From: Paragordius varius
Lineage: Eukaryota > Animalia > Nematomorpha
Direction: 5' to 3'
NCBI GenBank assembly: GCA_964247055.1
Contig: OZ176052.1
Coordinates: 8,928,001-8,992,000, forward strand
DNA: 64,000 bases
Below the pieces are notes generated by a model. That model was not told the DNA's origin. It saw only the letters and a program-made list of their open reading frames with translations, and did no database searches. A program made the translations under genes and the position numbers. Below, piece after piece: positions 37,101 through 50,200 of the stretch. The first letter of the stretch is position 1, and each line of letters starts with the position of its first letter.

Positions 37101-40100
37101 CATTACTTTGGAAAACAGTGGGTTGCTGTCAAAACGTGATTTGGACCTATGATAGTTCCTCCACAAGCCGGTTCCCCCAAATATTTTAATAGAACGATCC
37201 AAGGCCAAGAACCAGCTACCGCTTCTTCGCCTCCAACAACTTTTGGAAGTATCCTTTCTTCATTGCTGCTATTTTCTTCAGAGGACGAAAAGTCAATTTT
37301 TAATTTGGTTTTCCCGCACGAAAATCCCTTCAACCCTTTTTGTTTAAACGAAACGTTTTGATTTGTAAACGCTGATCCAGTCGTTCCAATTTGTGGGGAA
37401 TGAGTTACCTTCGCATTTGGAATTTTATGGTATGGAGTTGTTTTGTAGTACCGAGCCTTTATTGTCTCATATTTAGGTTGGGATGAGGTGGTTACTTTCA
37501 AAGTTGTTCTTTTTACGGGTGACATTGTCTTGTATGGAACTCTCGTAGGCCGGTGAAAAAATCTTCGTCCTTCTTCCTCATATTCAACCCTTTCTCCAAC
37601 ACCAAATGTATGTACTGGATAATCTGGCATATGTCTGTTTTCATAATGATGAGTATCTTCGTGTTCTTCACTATTTAAATATCTTTTGTTTCGTTTCCTT
37701 GAAGCCTGCTGTCCAACCATTTGCGGTTGCTTGGATTCAAATGTTGAATGTCTCAATTTTTTATGAGCGTGAGCATTATTGACGAAAGAAGATGTTTCAT
37801 ACATTCTGGCAGGATAATTGTGTGTTGATGGTTCATGAACGCTTGACTCATGCATAATAATTGGATCAAAGTTTTCTGGTACAGCAAAGAGATGTGGTTG
37901 TGGTCGAGATTGGGGTCCGTAAGGATTGAACTCATCGATTTCAAAATTGTATTTGTTAATTCGTTGATTTTCTGTCTGACCATGGTGATTTAACACAGGA
38001 TTAAATTTGTTATTTTGATGATTGTCGTTATAATATGTCCCTCTCTTATCAGACTCATACCTCATATTTTGTGAGCGTGATGAAGATGGCGATTGATTTT
38101 TCAGTTTTTTATGAGGTGGTGAATGTGATAAGGCACGATAATTATAATCCTTTGTGTTTGTGTTGGAAATTCTTTGGTGGTGGGGCCTAGCAGATTGTAC
38201 GATATAAGTTCTAACATTGTCTCCGGTATTTTCAATGGCATAATGATTTTGGATGTTACTGTTAATTCGGGAGGGCGGATAATTATTTAATTGTTGACGA
38301 GTGTTGTGATACGTATTGTCATCCTCTTTATAGTAACGGTAATGATTATGCACACCGGTCTTTGGGGTATTCAGTATATTTTGCAATTTATAACTTTTTT
38401 CTCTTAATACAAGAGACTCATCTCGTGGAGTTTGTAATAATATAACATCTCCTTGTACTTTTTTAAGTTTTTGATCATTTAGTTTTTTTATTTTATCATG
38501 CTGTTTATCATGTTTGGTTTCATAGTAATTTGCCGTATCATAATTTGACTGGGCACTTTTAGAATTTATGGATTGCGACATTTTACCAATTTTTTCGTTA
38601 AAAGTTTGTCCTACCCCGCTAAGTACTTTCCTATCCAAATCATAAGTAATGACAGTTGGCATTTGTTGTATTACTGTCTTCCTTTTTGAAGTTTGAGTGT
38701 ATGTTATTCGTTCCCCGTTTTCCCCGATGCCTGAATACGTTTTAACTTCGACTTCAGTTCCGTCTGATTGTGTAAATCTGTCTACTTTTATTAATTTTAT
38801 CGCATGAAGCGATGATGGGCCCCTATCCATTACATTGCGAGAGTTACTTTGTGAAAATAAAATAGTCTTATCAGTATTTGAATGTTGATCCGTGCGACCT
38901 CTTTGTGGCAAATATGTTTTTTGATCATCTATCATCTCATACTTAAGTTTGGAGTGTTGATTTATTTTTGTTTGCTGTGTCGATGATTCTTTCAAATTCT
39001 TATTTTGTTTAAATTTATTGTGATAATCATCGGGAGTTTGATGAATTGATAGCAGTTTTATATTTTCATCGACTTCGACTGCATCCATAATATCCCCTCG
39101 TGGCATTTCATGATGAATTCCGAAATCGGATTCTGATTGTTTTCCTGGTTTGTTGTTTGGAGAGAATTGTTTGTTTGCCAAAGGCGTGTGTATAGAATGG
39201 GATAATATGGGGTTATAATCCTTATAATCGGGTTTTGTAGGCTTATTTGTGCTTTCTACATTAAAGGAAGTCTCTTTTATGTTTTGGAATTTGGTTTCTT
39301 CATCTTCATCATCTATACCTATATGATAATTAAATTTTTTAGTTTATACTAAATAGATTTTATAGTTTTATGCATAATATTTAGCTAAAATTGATTTTCT
39401 GTGGTGGGATAATTAATAGGTATGGTAACGATTCACCATCTATCTTTTACCCCGGGGTTTTTTTAGAAACCGGGCCGTTATTCGCTATACTTAATAGTTT
39501 TTTTAAAAAATATGAATAATTTTAAGAAAGTTTTAGCAAGTTTTTTGGTTATAATATGCGAAAACAGGAAATTTTTACATTTATTATTTAATTGATTACA
39601 TCTATCCAATAAATGTTTCCTGATTACAATTTTAGAACATATATAAGTTAAGTTTTTCATTTATTTTGTTGAACAAAATATTTGGAAAAATGATTGAGAA
39701 TTTTCGCGAATCGAATCTAAGCACGCAGAGAGAATAATTTCATATTCTGCAGATAAATGAAAGGTAAACCATGTATAGCCATACTTTCAGTTTAAAAAGG
39801 GTGAATATGAATGAGTCAAGGATAAATGCAACTTTTGAAACTTAAATTACGGAAAGTTAAATGAAATAATTACTTACTCTCATCAAATTTGGTCTGCAAA
39901 TTTTTTAAAATTAAAGTAAACCTGTGAAAACAGTTTTAATTATAGCTGCATTTTCATCTATGGTTGGAGCAATTTGCGTATCATGGATCGTTGTAATGTC
40001 CGATTCTTTTATATTATCAAACTCGATTCCCAATTTGTTGTTTTGTACAATACGTACGGTATTAGTTTCAACATCTACAAATTAAATTATAGAGAATGAC

Positions 40101-43100
40101 AAACGTTGTTTCGTTACCTTATAGATAGAGTATGATGCTACATACGTGCAAAATTATTATGCTTGTATCAGAGTTATTAGGTGCAAATACGATAAATTTT
40201 TTACAAAGCATGCAAATTTAATAAAAAAACATTATAACTTGTAGGAAGACTGTAGGTTTTGTCATCCACGTATTCGGTTTGAGAAATTTTTAAATCCAAA
40301 TCTTTTCCCACATAATGCCACTCCTTGCCCTTGTATTTTGGGTTGTCAAATGTCTTTTGGATAATGTCAATGGGCTCAGAATTTGGCGGTTGTTTTATTG
40401 AGGCTTCCATGTCACTACTGCTGATTGATTTAAGGACATTTATGTCTGTTTTGACTTCATCTACATCCACGACTTGTTTATTGCTAACATGCGTTTTTCC
40501 AAAATGTATTTTAATGGGCTTTTCTGTAGTTTTCTGTTTTGGTATTTTATCCTTAATTTTTTTGTCTTTTTTCTAAAACAAGTGAAATATGTATATAAAT
40601 AATGCCTTATAAATTGGTTAGTTTTGTGCAGAAATCTTAGAGTGCCTTTTATCATGTAATATTTAAACAATTTAATATGAATAGTTTTCTTAATCTGCTG
40701 AACATAACTGAATATTTGGGATGGATATTTTTATAATGCAACAAGATTCGTTTATCCTTATAACTAGTAATTCAATATACACCACGTAATCTTTGACCCA
40801 AGGTAACCTATCTAGCATAAAAAACTAACAAAAAAACTAAAACCTGGTTTTTCAAAAAATTCAAGCATTAATTTAAGTATTATTTAACGCATAACACAAG
40901 AGATCAAAAAGTACTTTTTCAGATAATTTTTGCCTAGTTGCCAAATCTTGATGCAGTAATACATTATCCACAGCTACCATTTTTTGATTTTCAGTGACAT
41001 CTGTGGTGGCTAGTGTTTTATTTTTAAACTGTACGACATCATGTTTTGTATTGTCATATTGCGTTTTAAAATAAACTATATTTTTATTAATTGTATCGTC
41101 ATTAACTTCATTATTTGTCTCAAATGTGTAATTGTTACTGGTGGTATTTTTGGTATGTACAAACGAAGAATTTGTACCATAATAGTTTTGCTGTTTATTA
41201 GCATAATCATTAACATTCTCGTTGTTAAATTTTACATCCATCCAATTGTGTGTTTTATTAACAATACCAAGGTCAGTTTTAATGCTTTTTACATCCTGTT
41301 GTTCCATATTATAATAACCGTTTTCATTGCTCATAGTAACATTAGAAGAGACATCTGGAATGGTTAAATTTTTAAGAGAATGCCTCGTGGTGGCATTGTT
41401 TAATTGTTGAATTCGATCATTAACACTGATATTATTGTTCTCAACGAAAAAGGTTGTTTTATTCCGACTATTTATAAAATAATTCTCATTTTTTTCGTTT
41501 TCCTCTACATAACTGATTTGTTCAATTGTTTTCTCTGTCAATTGTTCATTGTGCTGAACGGTGTCTTTAACACCGGATATTTTTTGATTATTAAATCCTT
41601 TGCTAGTTTCTCCTATGTTTTTTAAATTGTCATCTTTGATTATTAAATTGAAAATTGGATTTATTGTTGGCTTGAATTCAGGAATTCGCATTGTTTGTTG
41701 ACTTTTGAATTTGTCATGCGTGTCATTTGATTTGTGTCGGATTGTTTTGATATTGTAATCATCCTCATTGTCCGATTCGATGATTACACTAGATTTGTTA
41801 TGATAAAGGAAAGTTTTAGTTTCAGACACATCTTTTACATCGTTGTGGTGCTTTTTTACATGTAAAAACTCTTCCTCAGTTGTTTGTTCTGTTTCCTCTG
41901 TCTCAATCTGTTTTATTATGGATGAGGTATCGACGTTATATGATTTTTTTCCTTTCACATCTACGACTGATTTTGGTGCATTTGTTTGATTTGATTCAGT
42001 TTCATTGAGCAAGTATTCTTCCAAGCGAACACTACCTTGAGACCATGTTACCCAGATTTCTTTTGGCGTATCGAAAGAATAACTAGTGGTTGTTGGCCTA
42101 AATGTTTGATAAAATGCGGTTGTTTTTGAGATGTCTTTAAGGGCATTATCATTTTCTACATTTGTTTCGTCCTCCAAATTGATCATGGTTTTAATTACTT
42201 CTTCGGATTCTTGAGTTTCATCGATGCGCTCAGATAATTGTTTAAGGCTAAGCATATAATTATCATATATTATAGATCGATTTTTATCATAGGTCTTGTT
42301 GTCATCCACAAATTGTCCCACGTGCGTTTGTGCGATTGATATATTATCATATTCAGTTTTAATTCTTGGGTTGTCAGTAATGAATAATTGAGATGCGGCA
42401 CTTGTAGTATCTAAATGTAATTTCAATTTTTCGTTAAATTCAGTTATTTCGGTTTTGTTATCGTTCTCCTGTTCATATGTAGATTTAACCATCATATTTT
42501 GACTTTTTATGCCAATTATTTTATTTTTTTGATGCTCTGAAGAGAATGAGTTTTCATCAAATGAAATTGGCACATCCATAGTATAGTTAGATGAAATATG
42601 GTCAATTTCTTCGATGGTCTCATTGTAAAAATTCTTAATGATGTTTACCTTTTTCGTTTTGATTCCCTTATTGATCGATCGATCATTTCCTAAATAGTCA
42701 GAATTTAGGGTATGTTGAAACGGTTTTAAGACTTTTTCTTGTGTCTCTATATTATCATGGGACAACAATGTTTTGTTGATTAAAGACTCATTTGTCCAGC
42801 TTTCACTTGATAATGATTCTAAAGATTTATGTTTGGATACATCCTCAAATATTTGATAGCTTTCCTTCTCTACACTTTCAATAATGGATTTGTCATACCC
42901 TTGAATATCTATCTTTATTTTATCATTTTTGGGTGGTGGTATAACACCATCGTTAAAAAATATGCGAGATTTTCTTTGGCTCATTTGCGACATGACCTGA
43001 TCGGCATCGTCATTTACGTTTTTTTGTTGGTAGATATTGGATGTAGATAATTCATATGAAGGCTCGGTATATTTGTCGTCTGGCTCATCATTGTCATCTA

Positions 43101-43748
43101 AATAATCATCCTTAACTATTTTTGCCGCTCCTCCAGCTGTTTGATTTAATTTATCAAAACTTTTGGTATTAACCATTTGTTCTCCAGCCTTAATGATAGG
43201 CGTTATAGGGTTAAGTCTTATTACACCCTCAATCTCAATTGGTTCCTCAATCGGATTGATATGAGATGTGATGATATCAATAGTTTGGCTTTTAGGTAAT
43301 GGTGGCTCAGTTTGATTATTAGGTAAATAATCGACAATAATTGGTGTTATAGCGCTCAATAAAATAGGACTTTTGACATAATCCCTATTATTTGTGATTG
43401 TGGTTAAATTTTTTCCTTGAGTCAGGATATTTATAGACCGTTTTCCCCTATAAGGATAAAAGGATTTATTGTAGTAATTTGTAACATTGTACGTGGTAAA
43501 GTTTTGCCGATCTTCTTCATCATTATTATTTTTGTTAAATCTACTTTTGACTCTTTTAGGTTTAATGATTTTTGCATTTTTTACCAATTTTTTTGCCTTA
43601 TCTAGAGGCTTATTTTCTGAAGTTGTTTTTATTTTTATTTTGGGTGCGGAAACTACCAAAGTTGAAATTTCATTAGGTTCTCGAAATTGTTGAACACTAT
43701 TTTGGACAGATGGAGGATATTGTGTTGTAGATATCTGTGAAATACCAC
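34134..43748 (-). CDS. Giant S1A trypsin-like serine protease zymogen with a >=1,740-aa low-complexity N-terminal stem; 5' end unresolved
   Basis: Exons: 43748-40915, 40572-40239, 39318-37107, 35315-35044, 34510-34365, 34286-34134; 5,951 nt, phases consistent. Activation site LPK|VVGG; WPW, CGG; catalytic His (TATHC), Asp (DNDIALI), Ser (GDSGGP); DACK marks a trypsin-type S1 Asp; PICLP; SWGQGC; PGIYT. The first resolved exon starts in phase 1 after a TTTAG acceptor, so at least one more exon lies upstream. A phase-compatible candidate is 44545-44446 (weak). Confidence 0.88.
36190..36870 (+). pseudogene. Heavily decayed mariner transposase relic in the protease intron
   Basis: Frame-broken remnants in mariner order: GIVYY-like, HENA (HDNA), [17 protein letters not shown] (WEVLPHP), LAPS-like ctgcgccatcc, [19 protein letters not shown] (LPERW). 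Confidence 0.6.
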
Positions 43749-45138
43749 CTAAATAAATCGTAAAAATCATATATTCCCATTTTTTTTAATGTAAATTAAA
43801 AAACACGAAATTTCAATTAATTGTATGTTACCCCAAAATTTTAAATTGGAAAAAATTCTAAATAATTAAAATGTCCGAACTAATGAAATACTTGCTTTAA
43901 GAATATATAAACCCAAAAATAATATATTTAATAAAGACATTTAGAAAATTAAAAAAATGAAATGTAAGGTTTATTCAATGTTATATTAAATATTTTAAAT
44001 ATTATTTTATATAATTAAAGCCAAAAATCAAAATAAATTAAATAATACAATCCAATGTACAATGAAAAAGTTAAAAAAAGTTATGGACAATAAACAAATA
44101 TGTTATATCGCCTTACAATCGGTGGCTCACAAAAGTATTATCATAAAATAAATTATACATATATAATCAAACGAGTATTTACAATTTTTTTATTATCACA
44201 AAATTCAAGTCTTTAAAATCGGCTTTGGAATTTTCATGGGAGCAGGTAGGATCAAAATACAAATAAATATATTTTCTTCAATAATAAATACAGTAGTTAG
44301 GCCCAGACTTTCCCTGGAACAAAAGCACTTTTTGCAAAAAACTAAACCCCCTGAAAAAATTTCAGAAAACTTATAAACACTCAATAATATGGTCTTTCCT
44401 ATATTCATATGAAGGTAATGATGGTTGAACCTTTTTTAAGTTTACCTTTGGATAGAGGCCAATACTGCAAAAAACACCATTTACCCCTACATGAATAGTT
44501 TGTTTTCACGCCATATTCCGAATTGTAGTTCCATTTAAATTCCATAATCTTCTTTATAAATGAGAGATTAAAGTCGGACTAGTATTTTTAAAAAAGTTAG
44601 AGAGACGCGTAATAGGGCAAAGCTAGTAAATAAATAAAATTGGTTTGAACGTTACTAAATTTTATACTACGGGTATATATAAATTTAAGTTTTATACCAT
44701 TTAAACCTTTTTGAATTTTGATTCCTATTACTTATTGAGATTTATTGTTTCTTGTTATAACATTTGCACTTTAGGGTCCTTGAACATTTCAAGTTAGTCT
44801 TTAAACATTTCAATTGGTCCTTTAATATTTTTATTTTGTTTCTAACTTTTATTAATAAAATCGTTTTTCAATCATCTTTTTTTATCATTCTTAACCTATT
44901 CTCTTTATTCAACCTAAACTTTAAAATTAATATGGACTTTTTATTATTCTAAAACCGTATATCAGTAATAATTTCTTAATAATTATTTAATATAAATAAG
45001 CTTTAACAAATAATTGATAAATATATAAGTTTTCTGGGTTATTAATCATAATTGTTCGTTAAAAATACTTATAAAGTAATAATATTGGTGATAAAAAAAA
45101 TTCTTTCGAAACGAAAAAGTTATTTGAATAAATAATAT

Positions 45139-45148
45139 TAATTTGATA

Positions 45149-45197
<49 letters not shown>

Positions 45198-45200
45198 ATA
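45139..45200. repeat. (TA)n microsatellite abutting the Helitron 3' end
   Basis: Interrupted TA run directly visible. Confidence 0.9.
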
Positions 45201-45201
45201 A

Positions 45202-47296
45202 CTAGCTGTCCCTGTCACGCTTCGCTGTGACTTAGTCTCTCCGATAATTATTCCTAATAATTTGCAAAAGAGAAGTAGAGATAAAAAATAATAAAAAACA
45301 TATTTAATAAAAAGAATGTCTTTAATTATTATTTTACGGGTTTCGCATAGGCTCAAATATTGTTTACTCGAAATTGAGCATATTTAAACTGTCTTAAAGT
45401 TAATATTCTACAATGATTGGATTTTAAGATTTTCGTTTTACGAAATCATGGTTAAAAGTTTTATTTTTGTTCATATACCTGGCATCAAGGGATATAAATA
45501 AATCATTTGTGGTCCCTTTCTAAAGGAAAGAATGTTATTATGCACATTCCCCAGGAATGTGTTTAACTGAACTCGTATGGTTTCTAAAGTTTGGGAAAAT
45601 TATCTCCGGAACGACGCCATTTTTGTATGGCGTCTCAGTTTTAAACAGGTAGACCCCTACCTATAGAACTATATGGAAAAAGCGCTGAATTAAATTCTTT
45701 GCCTTTATGGGGCAAATATTTGGAAACATCTTTGATACCATCGTCTCATGGGTTATTTGGGTTATTCGAAAAAATACCTCAACACTAATTAGTCGTTATA
45801 TGATGGCGTATTTTAGGGCATAAAGGCCCAAATTAACGACTAATAAAAAAACGTCTGACCTTAATTTTACATGGAATACAGGTAATATTTCAAGCTTGTT
45901 ATGAGCTCATGTGGCTTCATAAATTTTCTGTAAATTAGCTCCAAAACAACGCAATTTTTATTTAGTAGCTCAGTTTTTTGCGGGTAGCTCTTTACTCAGG
46001 GGCAGGTATAAAAAAGGCTTTAGGCAAAATTTTGCCTTTATATGGGGAATATCTGGAATTATTATGGATTCCATATGTTCCTATCAGTCTCATGTATTTT
46101 CTGAAATTTGGCTCCAAAGGTATGTATCGATATGATGACGCAGCTTTACACGGGTAGCCACCTAACCAGGAAAACAAAAAAAACGCTCGATTAAAATTTT
46201 TGCCATTCGGATAAAGCGTGGAATCATGATTGATTCAATATGCTCTCGTGGGATTTTCGAAAAATTGCCTCAAAACCAACAAGTCATTCTATGGTGGCGC
46301 ATTTCCAGTGCAAGGGCCAAATTAACAGTTAATTTTAAAAACCACTTGACTTAAATTTTTACCTTTTTACGGATAATATTTCAGGCCCTTATTAAACTTA
46401 TGTGGCCTGATAAGTTTTCTTAATATTAACTCCTAAACAATGCAATTTCGATATGGTGGAGGTGTTTTAGGCGGGTAGCTCCCTACCTAGAGGCTGATAC
46501 AAAAAAGCGCTTGATTAAAATTTTTGCCTTTATACGGAGAATACCTGGAATCATGTTTGATTCCATATGCTCTCATTATTTTTTGGAAAAATTGCCTCAA
46601 AACTAAAAAATTATTCATTGGTGGCGCATTTTTTAGGATGTTAAGGGCCTAAACGGCTAATTTTAGAAAACCGCACGACCTAATCTTTTGCCTTGTTAAG
46701 GGTAATATTTTAAGGAGCCATTCAACTCATATGGCTTGATAGGTTTTCTGAAATTTAGCCCAAAAGGCACGGTATTTTGATATCACGGGTCAGTTTTTAG
46801 CGGGTATCTCTTTACTCGGCCCCCAATATAATGGAGACGCCTTTTAACAGGAAATACCTGGAATCCTCATTACATTTTTACGGTCTCATACCTTAGGCGA
46901 AAAATAGTTTCAAAAAATTATTTTTGTGGACTTTTTTTTTAAAAAAAATGGCATTTTACGGGGGGAGCGGGGCAAAAAGAGGGCCTAAATTGAAAAAGCG
47001 AGCCGACTCTGTTCGGCGCAATCGAAAATAAATAAAAAAAATCATGTATGAAATCGAATGGTCCAACACGTTGTCCGTAAAATTGTCTCAAAGACACGAT
47101 TTGGATTTGTTTTCGAAAATAACCCGTTTTTTACACGGGGTGTGCCCGAACTGGGGCCCTAATTAAAAAAGGGGCTGAGCTATGTCGGAGCATTCATTAA
47201 TGATTATATTTTTTTGACATTTGGATTATATGGGTCTACCGGTTTTACGGAAACAGATCACAAAGACACCACTTTCCATTTTTATAAATATATAGA
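45202..47296 (-). mobile_element. Non-autonomous Helitron with internal tandem subrepeats
   Basis: On the minus strand: 5' A|TCTATATATTTATAAAAATGGAAAG at 47296; 3' hairpin GTCACAGC-GAA-GCGTGAC, 8 nt, then CTAG|T at 45205-45202. ~46800-47296 is homologous to the repeat unit of the 24051-25664 element. Internal repeated units (gcgggtagctc...aaatttttgcctttat) lie at ~45640-46850. Confidence 0.82.
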
Positions 47297-50200
47297 TAAG
47301 TAATAAAAATTTGGTTAAAAAAATAAAATAAAAAAATACATGCAAAAATTATGGTTATGGTTAAAACAAAACTCAAAATTAAGGACCAATATAAATTCAA
47401 GGACTAACTTTAAATGTTTAAGGAGAAAGTTGAAGTGTTCAAGGACACTCTTGAAATGCAAATGGTATATGTTAGATAAAAAATTTCATCTTTTATAACT
47501 TTTGGCCGTTAAAGCCAATTGAAACAAAGACTTTATATTAATTCAATAATTATCAATACCATCAAAATGCCTGAAACATTTTCTAATAAAATTTATTTAA
47601 ATAAATAGAAAGCAATACAAATAATTTATGAAACTTTAATTTTTAGTGAAGTCAAAAATCTTAATTTTTTAAACCGAATTTGAAATGGGCAAGTTTTATT
47701 AAAACTAAACGCAAAGATGCGGATAATGCACTCATAGCAAATGTGCGGAAATTGTGCCATTTTCTGAATGATGTATTTACCACAAAAAAGCTAATAACTT
47801 TCTTAACACTTCATTACCTTTTCACTTTTGTGGCATAGTTTACCTTTTGGGGAGCTTTCCCAGATAATTTTAATTATCTATAGTTTAGAAAGTTATTTTA
47901 ATTAAAATTTAATTATTAAACTTATTCTTATGTATCAGATAAAAAGCTTATATTTTTACAGATTTGCTTCTAGAGTCTAAAATTGTGACACCTCCAAAAG
48001 CGATTGAAACTAACATCTGATATTAAAATCAAAATATAGCAAGTTTTTAATGGTAAAATGTGGCCTAAAAGTTTTCAAAAATTAATCATTTACATTTACT
48101 AACCATAGTATACGTTTGTATGCCCATATTACGATTTAAAAAAAATTATAGAAAAATGCGAGAAAAAAGTATAAAATGAGGGTTCTTTTTTAACATTTTT
48201 TTAAAAAAAAAATTTTAAGGCTCCTAAAAAACTAAAGAGAGCCTATTTTTAAATTTGGTTTAATACCTTACAAATGTTCAATATTCAAATATTCAATCAC
48301 TCTGGGATAAAAACTAGCCCAAAAGGTAATGGAGTGTTAAATTACTCGTAAGGCCTAAAACCAAAAATACAATGAGTGATGCCATCTATCAGATTATATA
48401 TTTCATCAGTACGCGATTTTGTGAACAGTGTAATCGAGAATATTTTAACATCATTACTTGGGGTAATTTTACACCCTAGTATGTTTTGATTAAAATCAAA
48501 CCTTATTATCCCATATTTTATAAAAAAGCTTATATCTTTGCGGCTTTCTAACTTCCAATGTTTGAAATCGGGATAGCTCCAAAACGCGATTAAAAATAAG
48601 AGCTGATTTTAAATTCAACATTTATCAAAATGTTGCCGATAAAATGCCTGTTGATAGCTTTTCAGAGTCAATTATATACTTTTTGTAACCATAAATGTTT
48701 GATTATATATATATATATATATACTGATATGAAAATGTATCGGGATTATTTACTTTGGTTTTGACCCTTACAATATTATAGTTATGCGACTCATACTGGG
48801 GTCGTTATAGGTCTGTTTATCAAATTTTTTAAAAAATATGGAATAAACCTTTGCAAAAGTTTGCACTTATATAACATTTATGCACCGAAACAAAAAAAAA
48901 GTTTAAAAAAATAATATTTCGTATTTTATGGGAAACGAGGTAAAAATTTAACAAGACATAATTAGCTATTTATTAAATAATTCACTTTGTCAATTTTAAT
49001 AAAAAAATGCTTTTAATTTGAGCGTTAGAATCAATCAATATTTCACAAAAATTTTGTATGATAAAAATGGCGCCGGAGTTTTGAAATGCTTTATTTTTTA
49101 AATTTTTTTTACTTCTAAATTATTTATATAATTTTATTGGGATGGAAGCAAAAAATAAAAAATAAACTGTCCTCAGTAGTTTTAATTATGTCAATTTTAT
49201 GGTCTAAAATAACTAATTACCCTAATTCGAATAAAGGTTTTAAAAACATTTTTGTGGTTGCGTTATAAAAATAGCAATTTTATAAAATAAAATTTTTGGC
49301 GAAAGCTAAAGGTTTCAAAAAATATTTCTAAATATCATAAATTACATGGCAAAATATTTTAATTTTTGGATGTGAACCGAAGTATTACAATTTTTTACTA
49401 AAGGTGGCTAGTTCTCTAAAATAAAAGCAAAAATGCCTAAATCTCGCGATAAAAAATTTTTTTATATGCTATATTGAAATCAAAAACAGTTTTTCCGAAA
49501 AAATAGAGTTTTGATTAAAAATTTAATTAAAAATTTGTTGAAGCGTACTTTACAATATTTCAAGTCACGATGGAAAATGTATAACGCTCCCAGATATTTT
49601 TAACACTTTTTTATATATATCAATGATGCAGAATTTATCTCAAAAGTAGGTTAATAACGTTTGCCTTAAATTTATGTTAACATCATGTATTATCAAAACC
49701 CCAAAATTTAGTTTACAAACCTTTCAGATAATAATCAATGGTGCTCATCTTCGTCAAATTATACAGAAACGTATTTTTACATTATCCTACTTAAAGCGTT
49801 TATATACCGTTCCAACAGCCTAAAATAATAGGAAGTACGCTTCAACATAATTAGGTTATTCTAAGCATAAATTTATATTTTTGGGAAAATTCCATTTTTG
49901 ATATCATAATTTGACACACATTTAAATATCACTCAATTTCAGTATTTTTGCGTTTATAACAAGAAAATAATCATATTTTAGAAACGGCCAAAACAACATT
50001 TAAAAATTAAAACCTTATAAAACTAGGTTTCACTTTATAAAGTAAACATATTAAATGAATAGCATATAAAAAATACTCAATTATATGCGCCAATTTGGCG
50101 ATTTAACAATATCGAGCATTAGCCACAAAAGGGCATATAACTTTCTTATTTTCTCGTAATCCAACCAAAAGCATCATGAGAATCCTGTATTTATCTATCA

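Larger units (their letters stand above)
44755..47470. mobile_element. Foldback/MULE-like inverted-repeat element interrupted by a Helitron
   Basis: ~44755-44850 (catttgcactttagggtccttgaacatttcaagttagtctttaaacattt) resembles the reverse complement of ~47350-47470 (catttgcatttcaagagtgtccttgaacacttcaac...aagttagtccttgaa). Confidence 0.5.

Noticed and set aside
37149-43693. Plus-strand ORFs opposite the protease exons (e.g. 37149-37361, 40325-40576, 41041-41367, 43487-43693)
   Set aside because: Antisense shadows of long coding exons with no recognisable motifs.
44205-44408. ORF as the signal-peptide or TM exon of the protease
   Set aside because: No convincing hydrophobic segment with phase-compatible splice sites; the 5' end is left unresolved.
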